Assembly (NCBI GenBank): GCA_963664815.2
Contig: CAXXHB010000003.1
Coordinates: 2,656,001-2,720,000, forward strand
Reading direction: 5' to 3'
From: Spirochaetota bacterium
GTDB taxonomy: Bacteria; Spirochaetota; UBA4802; UBA5550
Length of the DNA stretch: 64,000 nucleotides
Numbering within the stretch: position 1 is the stretch's first letter; each line of letters starts with the position of its first letter. The notes under the pieces are model-generated. The model saw only the letters and a list, made by a program, of their open reading frames with translations, was not told the DNA's origin and did not search any database. Made by a program: the position numbers and the translations under genes. Of the stretch, positions 8,810-18,924 are shown one piece after another.

Positions 8810-10912
8810 TCATTCTGTCTCTTTTTCTATAATCTCTCTTATTTTCTTTGAAAGTATTTCGACCGATACCGGTTTTTGTAAAAAATTATATCCTTCCTGC
8901 AGAACTCCATGGACGCTGATAATTTCTCCGGGATAACCAGATAAGAAAAGAGCCTTCAATTCTGGCCTTAACTTCAACAGTTCCATATACAACTCTTTAC
9001 CGTTCAATCCCGGCATTATAACATCAGATATAAGCAAATCAATCTTTCCATTAAAAACAGATGCAGCTTCAATTGCCTTACTGCCATCTTCTGCTATTAT
9101 AACATTATAACCTTTTTCCTCCAACATTAAAGTTGTCATTTCACGAACCTGTTTCTGATCCTCCACTACTAGAATTGTCTCCGCTCCATAATCTTTAAAT
9201 AGCGTATTATCAAATAATTCATTATCAGGTCTTTCATGCTCTGTAGGGAAATAGATATGAAAAGAGGCCCCTTTCCCTGGTTCGCTCACCAGCAGAATAT
9301 TTCCTCCATGTTGCTTGACAATCCCATACACTGTTGCCAATCCAAGCCCGGTTCCTCTTCCGGAATCTTTCGTTGTAAAAAATGGTTCGAAAATTCTAAT
9401 TTGAATTTCCGGTTCTATCCCTGTTCCTGTATCGCTCACCTCAAGCACCACGTAGTCTCCAGCTGATACACCATCAACTTTTTTAGCATATTCTTCATCT
9501 AGTACAACATTATATGTTTTTACTGCCAGTATACCACCACCAGGCATTGCATCCTGAGCATTCAGTGCAAGATTTAAAATTATCTGTTCTATCTGTCCGG
9601 CATCAGCCTTAATAAAATTAAGATTTTCAGACAAAGATATATGTATCTCAACATTCTCTCTTATCGTCCTGCGGAGCATCTTCTCAAAATCTTTTATTAT
9701 CCTGTTTAAACTCAGTGTTTTTACTTCGAGTGTCTGTTTTCTTGCAAAAGCCAGCAGCTGCCTTGTAAGCCCTCCTGCATGATCAGCAGCTTTTATTATT
9801 TCTTTTATCATGTTGTTCAGATTCTGAAACTTAACTGACTCATTTTTGATCATTTTTATGCATTCCTGAATAAAGGAAAAGCATAATGATAAAACATCGC
9901 TCTCGATACTGTTATTTTCAGGCTTAACAATCAATTTGAACATTTCCTGCGATTGATTATACAACTCTTCAGTATTTATTTTATATTCCCTGTTCATAGC
10001 CTCAATTTTCAATTCAATCAATTGAGAATAACCTAAAATCGCTGCGAGCATATTATTAAAATCATGGGCTACTCCACCAGCGAGCTGTCCGATTGATTCA
10101 AGTTTTCTGGTCTGGTGAAGCTGCTCCTCTAGTTTTTTTCTTTCCTGTTCCGCATCTTTCAATTCAGTAATATCCATAAGAGATGCTATGCTGTTTAAAT
10201 ATCCGGGTATCATTGTGACGCTGTTAATAATATACCGGATTTCTCCGTTTCTTCTTACGAATCTGAATTCATATTTTCTGGGCGCATCACCGGAATTGCT
10301 TCTGCGCGCATTATGATAATTACGCATTTTACTAAGATCTTCTTTATAAACAAAATCAGTCCAGCTCCTTCGACCTTCGCACTCTTCAATGGAATAACCT
10401 GAAAGCAGAGCCCATTCTGTATTTGCTCTAACTATGGTAGTATCTGGCGCAATTATGATTGAAGGTAACCCGGTATTTTCAAAAACCGCCCTATGCCAGG
10501 CTTCTGACTTTTTTTTATCTGTAATGTCCTGAATGAATACAAAACTTTTTTTTGTCCGCGGGATCATCGTTATATTGAGAGCCACATCTTTTTTTTCGCC
10601 GCTTTTGTTTACAAAATGGCATTCATATCCTTCGGGTACACTCGAAGGATCAACTCTGCGCATCCTGTGATATTCTTTCATCTTATCAAGCTCTTCACTG
10701 TCAGGTACAAATTTTATCCAGCTAATATTCCCTTGAACTTCTTCAATGGAAAACCCTGTAAGGTTTTCGAATGCCGGATTACATAGTAAAATGATCGTGT
10801 CTTCATCAACAAGCATCATTGGAAACTTTGCGGAGTTAAAAAATACTTTATATGTTATATCCCCAAAAGATTCATCACCTACGATGTTTTCATCATTTTC
10901 CTTAACAGACAT
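8810..10912 (-). CDS. Cytoplasmic hybrid histidine kinase (PAS-PAS-HisKA-HATPase-REC)
   Basis: Two PAS-like repeats, AHDFNN H-box, NAQDAM, DTGTG, EPFFTTK, GTGLGL, receiver VVED/SDVIMP/KP. Confidence 0.92.
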   Translation of the reverse strand: MSVKENDENIVGDESFGDITYKVFFNSAKFPMMLVDEDTIILLCNPAFENLTGFSIEEVQGNISWIKFVPDSEELDKMKEYHRMRRVDPSSVPEGYECHFVNKSGEKKDVALNITMIPRTKKSFVFIQDITDKKKSEAWHRAVFENTGLPSIIIAPDTTIVRANTEWALLSGYSIEECEGRRSWTDFVYKEDLSKMRNYHNARRSNSGDAPRKYEFRFVRRNGEIRYIINSVTMIPGYLNSIASLMDITELKDAEQERKKLEEQLHQTRKLESIGQLAGGVAHDFNNMLAAILGYSQLIELKIEAMNREYKINTEELYNQSQEMFKLIVKPENNSIESDVLSLCFSFIQECIKMIKNESVKFQNLNNMIKEIIKAADHAGGLTRQLLAFARKQTLEVKTLSLNRIIKDFEKMLRRTIRENVEIHISLSENLNFIKADAGQIEQIILNLALNAQDAMPGGGILAVKTYNVVLDEEYAKKVDGVSAGDYVVLEVSDTGTGIEPEIQIRIFEPFFTTKDSGRGTGLGLATVYGIVKQHGGNILLVSEPGKGASFHIYFPTEHERPDNELFDNTLFKDYGAETILVVEDQKQVREMTTLMLEEKGYNVIIAEDGSKAIEAASVFNGKIDLLISDVIMPGLNGKELYMELLKLRPELKALFLSGYPGEIISVHGVLQEGYNFLQKPVSVEILSKKIREIIEKETE

Positions 10913-11025
10913 TAAATAATCCCGGTTTTGTTTTTTTACAATTTATATAATTATATTATTTATAATCACTCATCATATATAACTGATATTCCATTAGATA
11001 ATGTAACACCACTCTCTATTATCAA

Positions 11026-11060
11026 CTGATATCGATAAATATTACTTTTATTGATATCAG
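11026..11060. repeat. 14-bp near-perfect inverted repeat upstream of the histidine kinase
   Basis: ctgatatcgataaa-7 nt-tttattgatatcag (13/14 match, G-T wobble). Confidence 0.7.
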
Positions 11061-11163
11061 ATTACTTTATATTGAGGGTAATGTCCTGACTGATTCTTCG
11101 ATTATATCATGCCTAAAGGTTACAGAGAAAATAACAATCCAATTGTAACCTGTTATAATTCAA

Positions 11164-11451
11164 CTATTCAACAAATTCGATGCATGTTTTAATATCCATA
11201 CCCGGCTCAAGCAGCGGCATCACATCTTTAAAATTTTCCATGAAATTTGCCGAATGAACTTTGAGCGCATCCTTGTCAGCATACTTCTCGTAGAAAATGA
11301 TAGTTTTATCTTCACCTTTAACTATATGCGGAATATACTCAAGACATCCGGTTTCTGTAGTTTTAACCCGGGGAACAATCACTTTCAGTTTATCCTTCAC
11401 TTCTTCCATTTTACCGTCTTTCACCTTCATTGTTGCAATCAGTGTAACCAT
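11164..11451 (-). CDS. ABM-family (putative quinol monooxygenase) protein
   Basis: MVTLIATMKVKDGK, E.GCLEY, FYEKYAD.DAL..H pattern; GGAG RBS before the ATG at 11451. Confidence 0.8.
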   Translation of the reverse strand: MVTLIATMKVKDGKMEEVKDKLKVIVPRVKTTETGCLEYIPHIVKGEDKTIIFYEKYADKDALKVHSANFMENFKDVMPLLEPGMDIKTCIEFVE

Positions 11452-11800
11452 ATCACTCTCCATTCTTTTTTTTACCACAGATTAACCTGTATATCCAGTA
11501 TTGCAATTATATTTTGTTGATTATTGTACAACTCACGTTCACATTAATAATAAAAATATTCATCAGATGCATTGAAATATTTTTCTTTACTTTTAATATA
11601 ATGCTGTTTAAATTCACAATCTTATCATTGACAAATCCGATACAGACTGATCATATATTTATACATTTCACGGGAGAATTATCACATCTTACCATTCGGT
11701 TATATTCAGGGATCGTTACATAGCGCTGGTTGAGCAGCATATGCAGAGCAAAACCTAATTAATCCGAAGCTAAACAGTAATACTGATTCAATCGTTAATT

Positions 11801-12361
11801 TTGATAACTTATTTGCCGGAGAGAAATATTAATACAGAAGCTAAAATAAACCGCTGCAGGCCGGGATTTGGTGCTTCATGTTCATTCTGCTGCGGTAGCC
11901 ATAACTATACTCTCTCTCCTGATTTCATTGAAGAGATGTTCATAGCAAGGGGTAGTCAAACAGCACGGTTTACAGCGAAACATCCAGAAAGTACATGCAG
12001 CGAAAAGCTCGTCAAGGATGGTATGCAATGTCCTAATGTCGGTATAACTGATCAGGATCCCGGGATGGTGTGCTGTCTCACATATTTCGATGATCATACA
12101 GGATGCGAGTTTAAATCTTTTTTTAAAGGTACATGCAAAAGCTTTCTCTGTGTTGCCTGGAATGAACTCACAGACAGACAGGTATTATTTGCTGCAAAAC
12201 TTATGCGTGACTGGTACTATTACAGCCTACTAATAAACTCTCTGGAACTTTTAATGGAACTGTGTGCTGAATATGAAACCCCTGAAAATGTGCCACCTGA
12301 AATTCTTGAAGAACTGAAGATTGATCTTATAGGAAAACTGATGGAAGATGATATGATTTGA
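11801..12361 (+). CDS. Cys-rich hypothetical protein (CxxCCG cysteine-cluster-like, likely Fe-S or Zn binding); start uncertain
   Basis: SCSFCCG, CPNVG, VCCL, TCKSFLC. Confidence 0.6.
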   Translation: MITYLPERNINTEAKINRCRPGFGASCSFCCGSHNYTLSPDFIEEMFIARGSQTARFTAKHPESTCSEKLVKDGMQCPNVGITDQDPGMVCCLTYFDDHTGCEFKSFFKGTCKSFLCVAWNELTDRQVLFAAKLMRDWYYYSLLINSLELLMELCAEYETPENVPPEILEELKIDLIGKLMEDDMI

Positions 12362-12753
12362 TTTGATTTGATTTTAGTTATACTAAAAAATAAAAACTAT
12401 AATGAATATTTAGTTTTCTTCAGCAAAAAGCTCAAATATTGTTTTTTTAATAACATTCAGCCAGTACATATAACTGAAACTCAACATCAAGAATCTCTAC
12501 TGTTTCCCGATAAACTGAAGAATAATAAATCAGGAATAAAATCATGCAACTGTTTTTCATCCTTTACGGCGAATAGCCAGCTTAATCATACTACAATTGT
12601 TATCCCGGAAAACAATATTTTATTTACTTAAAATTCTTTAATTTTATAGACTTTTTCATTTCAATGTGATAATGTTGAAACATTTATTACAGATAACTGT
12701 GATGGACGACATCAGCTTTCATTATTATGTTGCCAGTAAATTAAGAGGTAATT

Positions 12754-13662
12754 ATGAAAATCGGAATTATCGGAGCAGGATCTCTCGGTTCATTATTTGC
12801 CCACTATTTTCAAGAGCACCTGATCAACTTTGTTATCTACGAGAAAAACAGCGATATTGTTGATAATATCCGTGAAAACGGACTTATCATGATAAAAGGG
12901 AATTCTTCAAAAACAATTAAAACATCTATAAGTTCATCACCTGATATTCTGAGTAATGCAGATGTGTTATTTCTCTTCGTTAAAAGTTATTCAACATCTG
13001 AAGCTCTTCAGGATGTGATATCTTACTGCAATAAAAATGTTATCCTCGTATCACTTCAGAACGGTCTCGGGAATATTGATGAAATAAAAAAACATTTTGT
13101 AAATGGTAAAATAGTATATGGTACTACAACAATCGGTGCAACAAAATCTTCTTTAAATTCCGTAGTCTCAGGCGGATCAGGAATAATAAATATCGGTGGA
13201 GATGAAAACGGTAACGTTCTCAAAATACATCATCTTTTAAACAGTGCCGGACTTAACTCGTACGTAGTTGACCGGCCTGATTATTTTCTCTGGCACAAGG
13301 CCGTAATAAATGCCGGTATAAATCCAATAGCAGCAATTCTCGGATTACCTAACGGAGGAATACTTGCAGATAAATACGCCACAATGCTTCAGGAATACAT
13401 TATAAAAGAAGCTGTAAATTGTGCAGTTGCCAATAATATCGATATGGATTTTTCTGAAATTCTTAGAACAACACGGGATATCTGCGAAAAGACTTCTATA
13501 AATATATGTTCCATGCTTCAGGATATCAGGAATGGGAGAAAAACCGAGATAGACAGCATCAATGGAAAAATAATACAATACGCAGAATGTAAAGGTATTT
13601 CAACACCATATAACATGACAGTGTATCTTATTATAAAATCAATGGAGACTAATCAGGAATAA
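12754..13662 (+). CDS. panE: 2-dehydropantoate 2-reductase
   Basis: GAGSLG, FVKSY, SLQNGLGN, W.KAVINAGINP, SMLQD..GRKTEIDSING. Confidence 0.93.
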   Translation: MKIGIIGAGSLGSLFAHYFQEHLINFVIYEKNSDIVDNIRENGLIMIKGNSSKTIKTSISSSPDILSNADVLFLFVKSYSTSEALQDVISYCNKNVILVSLQNGLGNIDEIKKHFVNGKIVYGTTTIGATKSSLNSVVSGGSGIINIGGDENGNVLKIHHLLNSAGLNSYVVDRPDYFLWHKAVINAGINPIAAILGLPNGGILADKYATMLQEYIIKEAVNCAVANNIDMDFSEILRTTRDICEKTSINICSMLQDIRNGRKTEIDSINGKIIQYAECKGISTPYNMTVYLIIKSMETNQE

Positions 13663-14626
13663 AACCTATGGCCCTGTCTCTACCATCCTCTTTGGCTTTA
13701 TAGAGAGCTTTATCAGATCTTTCTTTAAGCTCATCAGCATTTGTTGCATTATATGGCAATGTTGCAAATCCCATACTGCATGAAAGCCTTAATTCTTCAT
13801 GCTCCGGAAATCTTAAATCTCTTATCGCAGAACACAAAGCATCACACTTCTGTTGTGCACATTCATGACCAGCTCCGGGAAATAAAAATATAAACTCATC
13901 ACCGCCATACCTTACAAGTATATCATCTTTGCTGAATACTTCCCGAAAAACCTGGGCCGAGGTTACTATCAGTCCGTCACAAAACTCCTGCCCGTACTTC
14001 GTGTTGAGAGACCCGAATCTGTCCATATCAAACATCACAAAGCTGAGACTGCTTCCCTCAGTTTTAGCCCTGTTAACAAGCCCTTCAAACGACTCTTCAA
14101 GGTAACGTCTGTTGAAGAGACCGGTTGCAGCATCAGTTATGGCACGTTTCCGCGATTCTGCTCCCCACTGAACCATCTGTGTCACAAAAGCACCTACATT
14201 CATTAGTCTCTTCACTGTTATCGCAAGCATGTTATTCATTATCTTTACAGCACATTCAGGCATAGTTCGAGTAATATGTGTAAAGTCATCAGTATGCATC
14301 ACAAGAAAAATACTATCTTCAACAGCCCTGCAATTGGCTGACCTCGGCGCCTGATCGATGATTGACATCTCTCCAAAAAAACTGCCGTCAGTAATTTCTG
14401 AGAGAACAACCTCCTTCCCCTCTGTATCAATTATGAATATAGAAACTTTTCCTTTTATAACAACAAATAGTTCATCCCCCGGGTCACCCTCTCTGCAGAT
14501 CAAATCACCTGCAGAAATATCCTTTTTTTTCATTTCAGCAGCGATTTTAGCAAGATCATCATCACATGTATCGGAAAAGATTGATACATTTTTAAGAATA
14601 TTCACATTATTATATTTTTGCATCAC
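13649..14626 (-). CDS. cNMP-binding domain + GGDEF diguanylate cyclase (intact GGDEF)
   Basis: EGDPGD, FFGEMS..PRSA (cNMP pocket); TGLFNRR, RYGGDEF, LY.AK..GR. Confidence 0.9.
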   Translation of the reverse strand: MMQKYNNVNILKNVSIFSDTCDDDLAKIAAEMKKKDISAGDLICREGDPGDELFVVIKGKVSIFIIDTEGKEVVLSEITDGSFFGEMSIIDQAPRSANCRAVEDSIFLVMHTDDFTHITRTMPECAVKIMNNMLAITVKRLMNVGAFVTQMVQWGAESRKRAITDAATGLFNRRYLEESFEGLVNRAKTEGSSLSFVMFDMDRFGSLNTKYGQEFCDGLIVTSAQVFREVFSKDDILVRYGGDEFIFLFPGAGHECAQQKCDALCSAIRDLRFPEHEELRLSCSMGFATLPYNATNADELKERSDKALYKAKEDGRDRAIGFIPD

Positions 14627-15600
14627 TCTTTTACATCCTCCGGAAAAAGAATAACATTCCCACCCCTCGCACGTCCTGCAAGAGGAAGTTCATGGGTGAT
14701 GGATATTAATTCATCAGATGTATCGGCATGTCCGGGGAATATCGCTATCCCTATGCTCATTGATAAATACACATCATTGGTTTTAGTGGCTCCGGAAATA
14801 TCCAGATTATTGAACATTGAAAGAATCTTCTGAGCCTCTTTGAAACAATCCTCTCTTCCGAAGCCAGGGAGTATAACACCGAGTTCATTACCCATATAGC
14901 GGAGCACTGTTCCTCTATCACCCATAAAATGATTCAGCGCAACTGACATTATCTTTAAGGTGTCATCTCCGGCTTCATGACCATAATTATCATTAATATA
15001 TTTAAAATTGTCCGGCTTCATCAGTAGAAGCCCTACAGATTCTGATCTGTTCTTCATAAAACCAGGCAGCGTCTCTTCGAGAAATGTTTTATTATAAAGT
15101 CCAGTGAGCTTATCACCATAAACCTGGCGTTTCAGTTCCTGGATTAAGGCGGAGTTTTCTCGTACAAGGGAATTTGCATTTCTTATACGGCCTGATATTA
15201 TTTTTAAAAATTCATAAAGAATTATTGCCGCTATGCCGGGATGATTTTCCAGTATTTCACGAAAACTGTCAGACTTCCCCGGAATTCTCAACATTACAGT
15301 TTCTCCCAATGCGACACCGGATGCATTGAAATCCGCATCAGTAAAAAATTCGAGTTCTCCTATTATATCACCTGGTACAAGTTCTGCAATTATCGAATTA
15401 CCGTTATATGGATCACTCTTGAGAATCTGAACAGAACCGGAAACAACAATATATAAAACCCCCGATCTCCCGCCTTCGTTAAATATTTCATCTCCGGTAT
15501 TATACGAAATAAAGTCCGAATAACCGGAGATCAACTCCAACCCTCTCTCATCAAGCGATGAAAATATTTCAGCTTTCCGCAGCCAGTCTTTTTTTTCCAT
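14623..15600 (-). CDS. cNMP-binding domain + degenerate GGDEF domain (MGNEL)
   Basis: IIGELEFF cNMP-like domain; DKLTGLYN, NFKYINDNYGHEAGD; active site reads RYMGNEL. Confidence 0.85.
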   Translation of the reverse strand: MEKKDWLRKAEIFSSLDERGLELISGYSDFISYNTGDEIFNEGGRSGVLYIVVSGSVQILKSDPYNGNSIIAELVPGDIIGELEFFTDADFNASGVALGETVMLRIPGKSDSFREILENHPGIAAIILYEFLKIISGRIRNANSLVRENSALIQELKRQVYGDKLTGLYNKTFLEETLPGFMKNRSESVGLLLMKPDNFKYINDNYGHEAGDDTLKIMSVALNHFMGDRGTVLRYMGNELGVILPGFGREDCFKEAQKILSMFNNLDISGATKTNDVYLSMSIGIAIFPGHADTSDELISITHELPLAGRARGGNVILFPEDVKE

Positions 15601-15964
15601 AATTATTGTATATTCTCTAAACTTAAAAAATTATTTATAATGATAATATTTCATTTCTAAATTAAAAAATTTAAAATTGTTTCTTAAAAAGAGTAAACAA
15701 CTACTTCTAAATACCTCCTTTTTTTTTGTAAAGAACTATACTTAAATATCAAACCTTATGTTTTCAGATAAAATTATTTTTCGAATAAATATTTTCAATT
15801 TAATTACAGATGTAAAACCTGTAAAAATTATAATCACTAAAGAACAAAACTCTGATAACCCGCTCATGAGAAATATCTAATCCCGTTGTAATCTCTTCAT
15901 CGACAGAATAACAAAAAGGCCCATCAAAATTTATTTTACACATTGCTTCGATTTTCCATTGATG

Positions 15965-16008
15965 GTCGTTCATCTAAAAATATTATATACTATTTTTAGA
16001 TGAACGAC
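15965..16008. repeat. Perfect 18-bp inverted repeat with 8-nt loop
   Basis: gtcgttcatctaaaaata-ttatatac-tatttttagatgaacgac. Confidence 0.9.
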
Positions 16009-16153
16009 TCAACAGACTTGTAAACAATAAATCTGACATGAATATCATATGATATATGATTACTTTAAAAAACAATCCATAGGCATAGATTTTTTTTAAC
16101 AAAATAAAACTTCCTGATTCAAAAAAAATATATTCTGTAAGGAGAAATAAAAT

Positions 16154-17302
16154 ATGAAGAAAAATAATTTTTTTTTATTCAGTACCGCATTTCTTTTTTT
16201 TATGGCATTTTCATCTATAATAATAGTAACAGGTGTTTTCTGCAAAGATAAAGACTCATTCGGATTATCAGATCAATCACCACTCCGGGATGGAAATTCT
16301 GTAGCCGATGCAGTAAAGGTTCAGGAGGTCTTTAAAAAAGTATATGAAATTAATAAAAATAGTGTTGTTTTCATAAGTACCGAACAGACAGTTAAATTAC
16401 AGCAAAATCCGTTTTTTAACGATCCGTTCTTCAGAGACTTTTTCGGACCCGAGATGAAACAACCAAAAACACAGAAGCGGACAGGATTAGGAACGGGCTT
16501 TATCATTTCAGAAGATGGATATATCTGCACAAATTACCATGTTGTTGCAGGTGTGGAAAAGGTAAAAGTTAAAGTAGATAAAACAAATTACGATGCTTCT
16601 GTTGTAGGTTTTGATGAACGTACAGACCTTGCCCTTCTAAAAATAAATGTTAAAGAAAAACTCACGCCTGTATATTTCGGAAATTCAGACTCCATTAATG
16701 TAGGTGACTGGGCCATAGCCATTGGTAACCCATTCGGCCTGGACAAAACTTTTACAGTGGGGATTATAAGTGCTTCTGCACGCCGGGATCTTGACCTTAT
16801 GGGGGACTCTCAGACACAGATTCAGACAGATGCATCTATAAATCCGGGAAACAGCGGTGGTCCGTTACTGAATATCTATGGGGAAGTCATAGGTGTCAAT
16901 AGAATGATTTATTCACAAAGCGGCGGAAATATAGGTATAGGATTTGCTATACCAATCAATACTGCAAAAAATGTACTTGAACAGTTGAAGAAACATAAAA
17001 AAATAAAACGTGGATTTATCGGTGTTCAGATAGTACCACTTACCGAAGATTACGCATCAGAGCTTGGATTAAAAGAGAATTCCGGTGCTCTAGTAGGGCA
17101 GGTAACCGAAGGCGGCCCTGCTGACAAAGGTGGTATAATAACTGGAGATGTAATACTTACAGTAAATGGTAAAGAAATAAATAATTTTGGTGATCTTATA
17201 ACAGAAGTAGAAAGTTCACAGATAGGAAAAACGTTGAAAATTGAAGTATGGCGTAACAAATCAAAATTAACTGTATTTATTACAGTTGGTGAGCGACCAT
17301 AA
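16154..17302 (+). CDS. htrA: HtrA/DegP-family serine protease with a single PDZ domain
   Basis: TNYHV, TDLALLK and INPGNSGGPL catalytic triad; N-terminal hydrophobic anchor; PDZ; AGGAG RBS. Confidence 0.93.
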   Translation: MKKNNFFLFSTAFLFFMAFSSIIIVTGVFCKDKDSFGLSDQSPLRDGNSVADAVKVQEVFKKVYEINKNSVVFISTEQTVKLQQNPFFNDPFFRDFFGPEMKQPKTQKRTGLGTGFIISEDGYICTNYHVVAGVEKVKVKVDKTNYDASVVGFDERTDLALLKINVKEKLTPVYFGNSDSINVGDWAIAIGNPFGLDKTFTVGIISASARRDLDLMGDSQTQIQTDASINPGNSGGPLLNIYGEVIGVNRMIYSQSGGNIGIGFAIPINTAKNVLEQLKKHKKIKRGFIGVQIVPLTEDYASELGLKENSGALVGQVTEGGPADKGGIITGDVILTVNGKEINNFGDLITEVESSQIGKTLKIEVWRNKSKLTVFITVGERP

Positions 17303-17373
17303 GATGATCATTTAACAATTAATATTTAATACAGTTATACTGTCAATATATACTATATATTCTCATTTTTTAA

Positions 17374-17429
17374 TCCACACCCTTTAGATGCAGATATCTG
17401 AAAAACATCAATTTAATAAAGGGTGTGGA
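17374..17429. repeat. 13-bp inverted repeat downstream of htrA (terminator or stabilising stem)
   Basis: tccacacccttta-30 nt-taaagggtgtgga, with inner gatg/catc pairing. Confidence 0.7.
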
Positions 17430-17610
17430 GCATGCATCCAATAATCACCGGAAAATTCAAATCAGTCATATGTTTTTATACTCTTTGCCAACAAATAATG
17501 ATTTTTCTTAAAACCTGTTTTCATATAAAAAATATTTTTTTATAAACCAGATTAACCGATAATTACAGAATAGAGTAAACAGTTTTTTATTCCAGCATTA
17601 AGGATTGATT

Positions 17611-18924
17611 ATGGCATCAGATAACAATAATCTATATAAAACATTTTCAATACCAATAATAATTGCAGCTGCTTTTATCTGTATTACTGCATCTGCACAG
17701 ACATCTGCTTTAACAGAAAATAAAAACATTCCCAAGAATGATATACAGACATTATACAACGGGGAAAATAAATCTTCAGGAAAAGAACCTGAAAAGAAAG
17801 GAACTGCAACAATAAAAACAAAAAATCAGACTATTCCTGATGATAAAGAGAAATCGACTGTTAAAGCACCGGATAAAACAGGAACCGATAAATCGAAAAA
17901 AAATACCGACCCCGGAAAAGATACAAAAAATCCTGAAGTATGGGATGACACAAAAAAAGCAGAGAAGATAGAATCCACACTGGAATATGGTATGCAGAAG
18001 GATAGAAAAACTGCAATTATAATGATTAACGACATTAAAGATGAACAGATAAAAAACCGGCTAATGCAAAAACTTGTATTTATTATTGAGAACGATTCAG
18101 ATATAGAAATAAAGAAAGCGGCCGTTACTGCAATCGGAGACAACAAATCAGTGTCATCAACCCAGGCACTGATAAAAGCCCTCGATGATCCATCTGATGA
18201 TATTAAAATTGCTGCCTGTTATGCCATTGGAAAAATCAATGCCGATGCGGCGAAACCAAAGCTTGTTGAATTGTTCAGAAAACAGGATCTTAAACTGGAC
18301 TCGAATCTCACCGATGCAATTATTATGACTCTATATAATATCAAAGCTCCCGACATTATCGACATTGCCGTTACAGCCGGAAAAGACAGCAGCACATCAA
18401 AGATAGTCCGTGAAAGGCTTATCATATATATAGGATATACAGGTTCGGCTGTTCAGAAAGTTTTTTTAACTGAGATTTACAAAAATGATGATGAGGAAAC
18501 GACGCTCCGCTCTTATGCAATAAAATCAATAGCAAAACTTAAGATTAAAGATGCATCGCAGGATATAAAAAATGTAATTAAAGAAATAGATTCCTATCCT
18601 TTCGGTAAAAGAAAAAAATACTATGATCTTTATATGTATTCCGTAGCAGCACTTGTCGAACTGGGTGATACAGATTCTATATCATTGCTGATGAATCCAC
18701 TCAGAAGTGACAATGCATCAGTGAGGCTTAAAGCAGTGAATCTTATAAAAGAATTCAATGATGAAAGAACAATTGACATATTAAAATATAAAATGAAAAA
18801 TGATCCAAGTGCTAAAGTACGTAAAGCCGCCCGTAAATCACTTGAAGAGAAAGGGCTTATTGAAAAAGGTAAAAGCGAAGAAAACACAAAAAATGATGGA
18901 GACAAAGAAGATAATGATGAATGA
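17611..18924 (+). CDS. Exported HEAT-repeat protein with Lys/Thr-rich linker
   Basis: Signal-like segment, then HEAT repeats (LIKALDDPSDDIKIAACYAIG, DPSAKVRKAA). Confidence 0.85.
   Translation: MASDNNNLYKTFSIPIIIAAAFICITASAQTSALTENKNIPKNDIQTLYNGENKSSGKEPEKKGTATIKTKNQTIPDDKEKSTVKAPDKTGTDKSKKNTDPGKDTKNPEVWDDTKKAEKIESTLEYGMQKDRKTAIIMINDIKDEQIKNRLMQKLVFIIENDSDIEIKKAAVTAIGDNKSVSSTQALIKALDDPSDDIKIAACYAIGKINADAAKPKLVELFRKQDLKLDSNLTDAIIMTLYNIKAPDIIDIAVTAGKDSSTSKIVRERLIIYIGYTGSAVQKVFLTEIYKNDDEETTLRSYAIKSIAKLKIKDASQDIKNVIKEIDSYPFGKRKKYYDLYMYSVAALVELGDTDSISLLMNPLRSDNASVRLKAVNLIKEFNDERTIDILKYKMKNDPSAKVRKAARKSLEEKGLIEKGKSEENTKNDGDKEDNDE

Noticed and set aside
11645-11790. c-di-AMP (ydaO) riboswitch or 6S RNA resemblance (acgggagaa, aatccgaagctaa)
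   Set aside because: The required pairings and conserved GGGG/CCCGA elements are absent; gene context does not fit 6S
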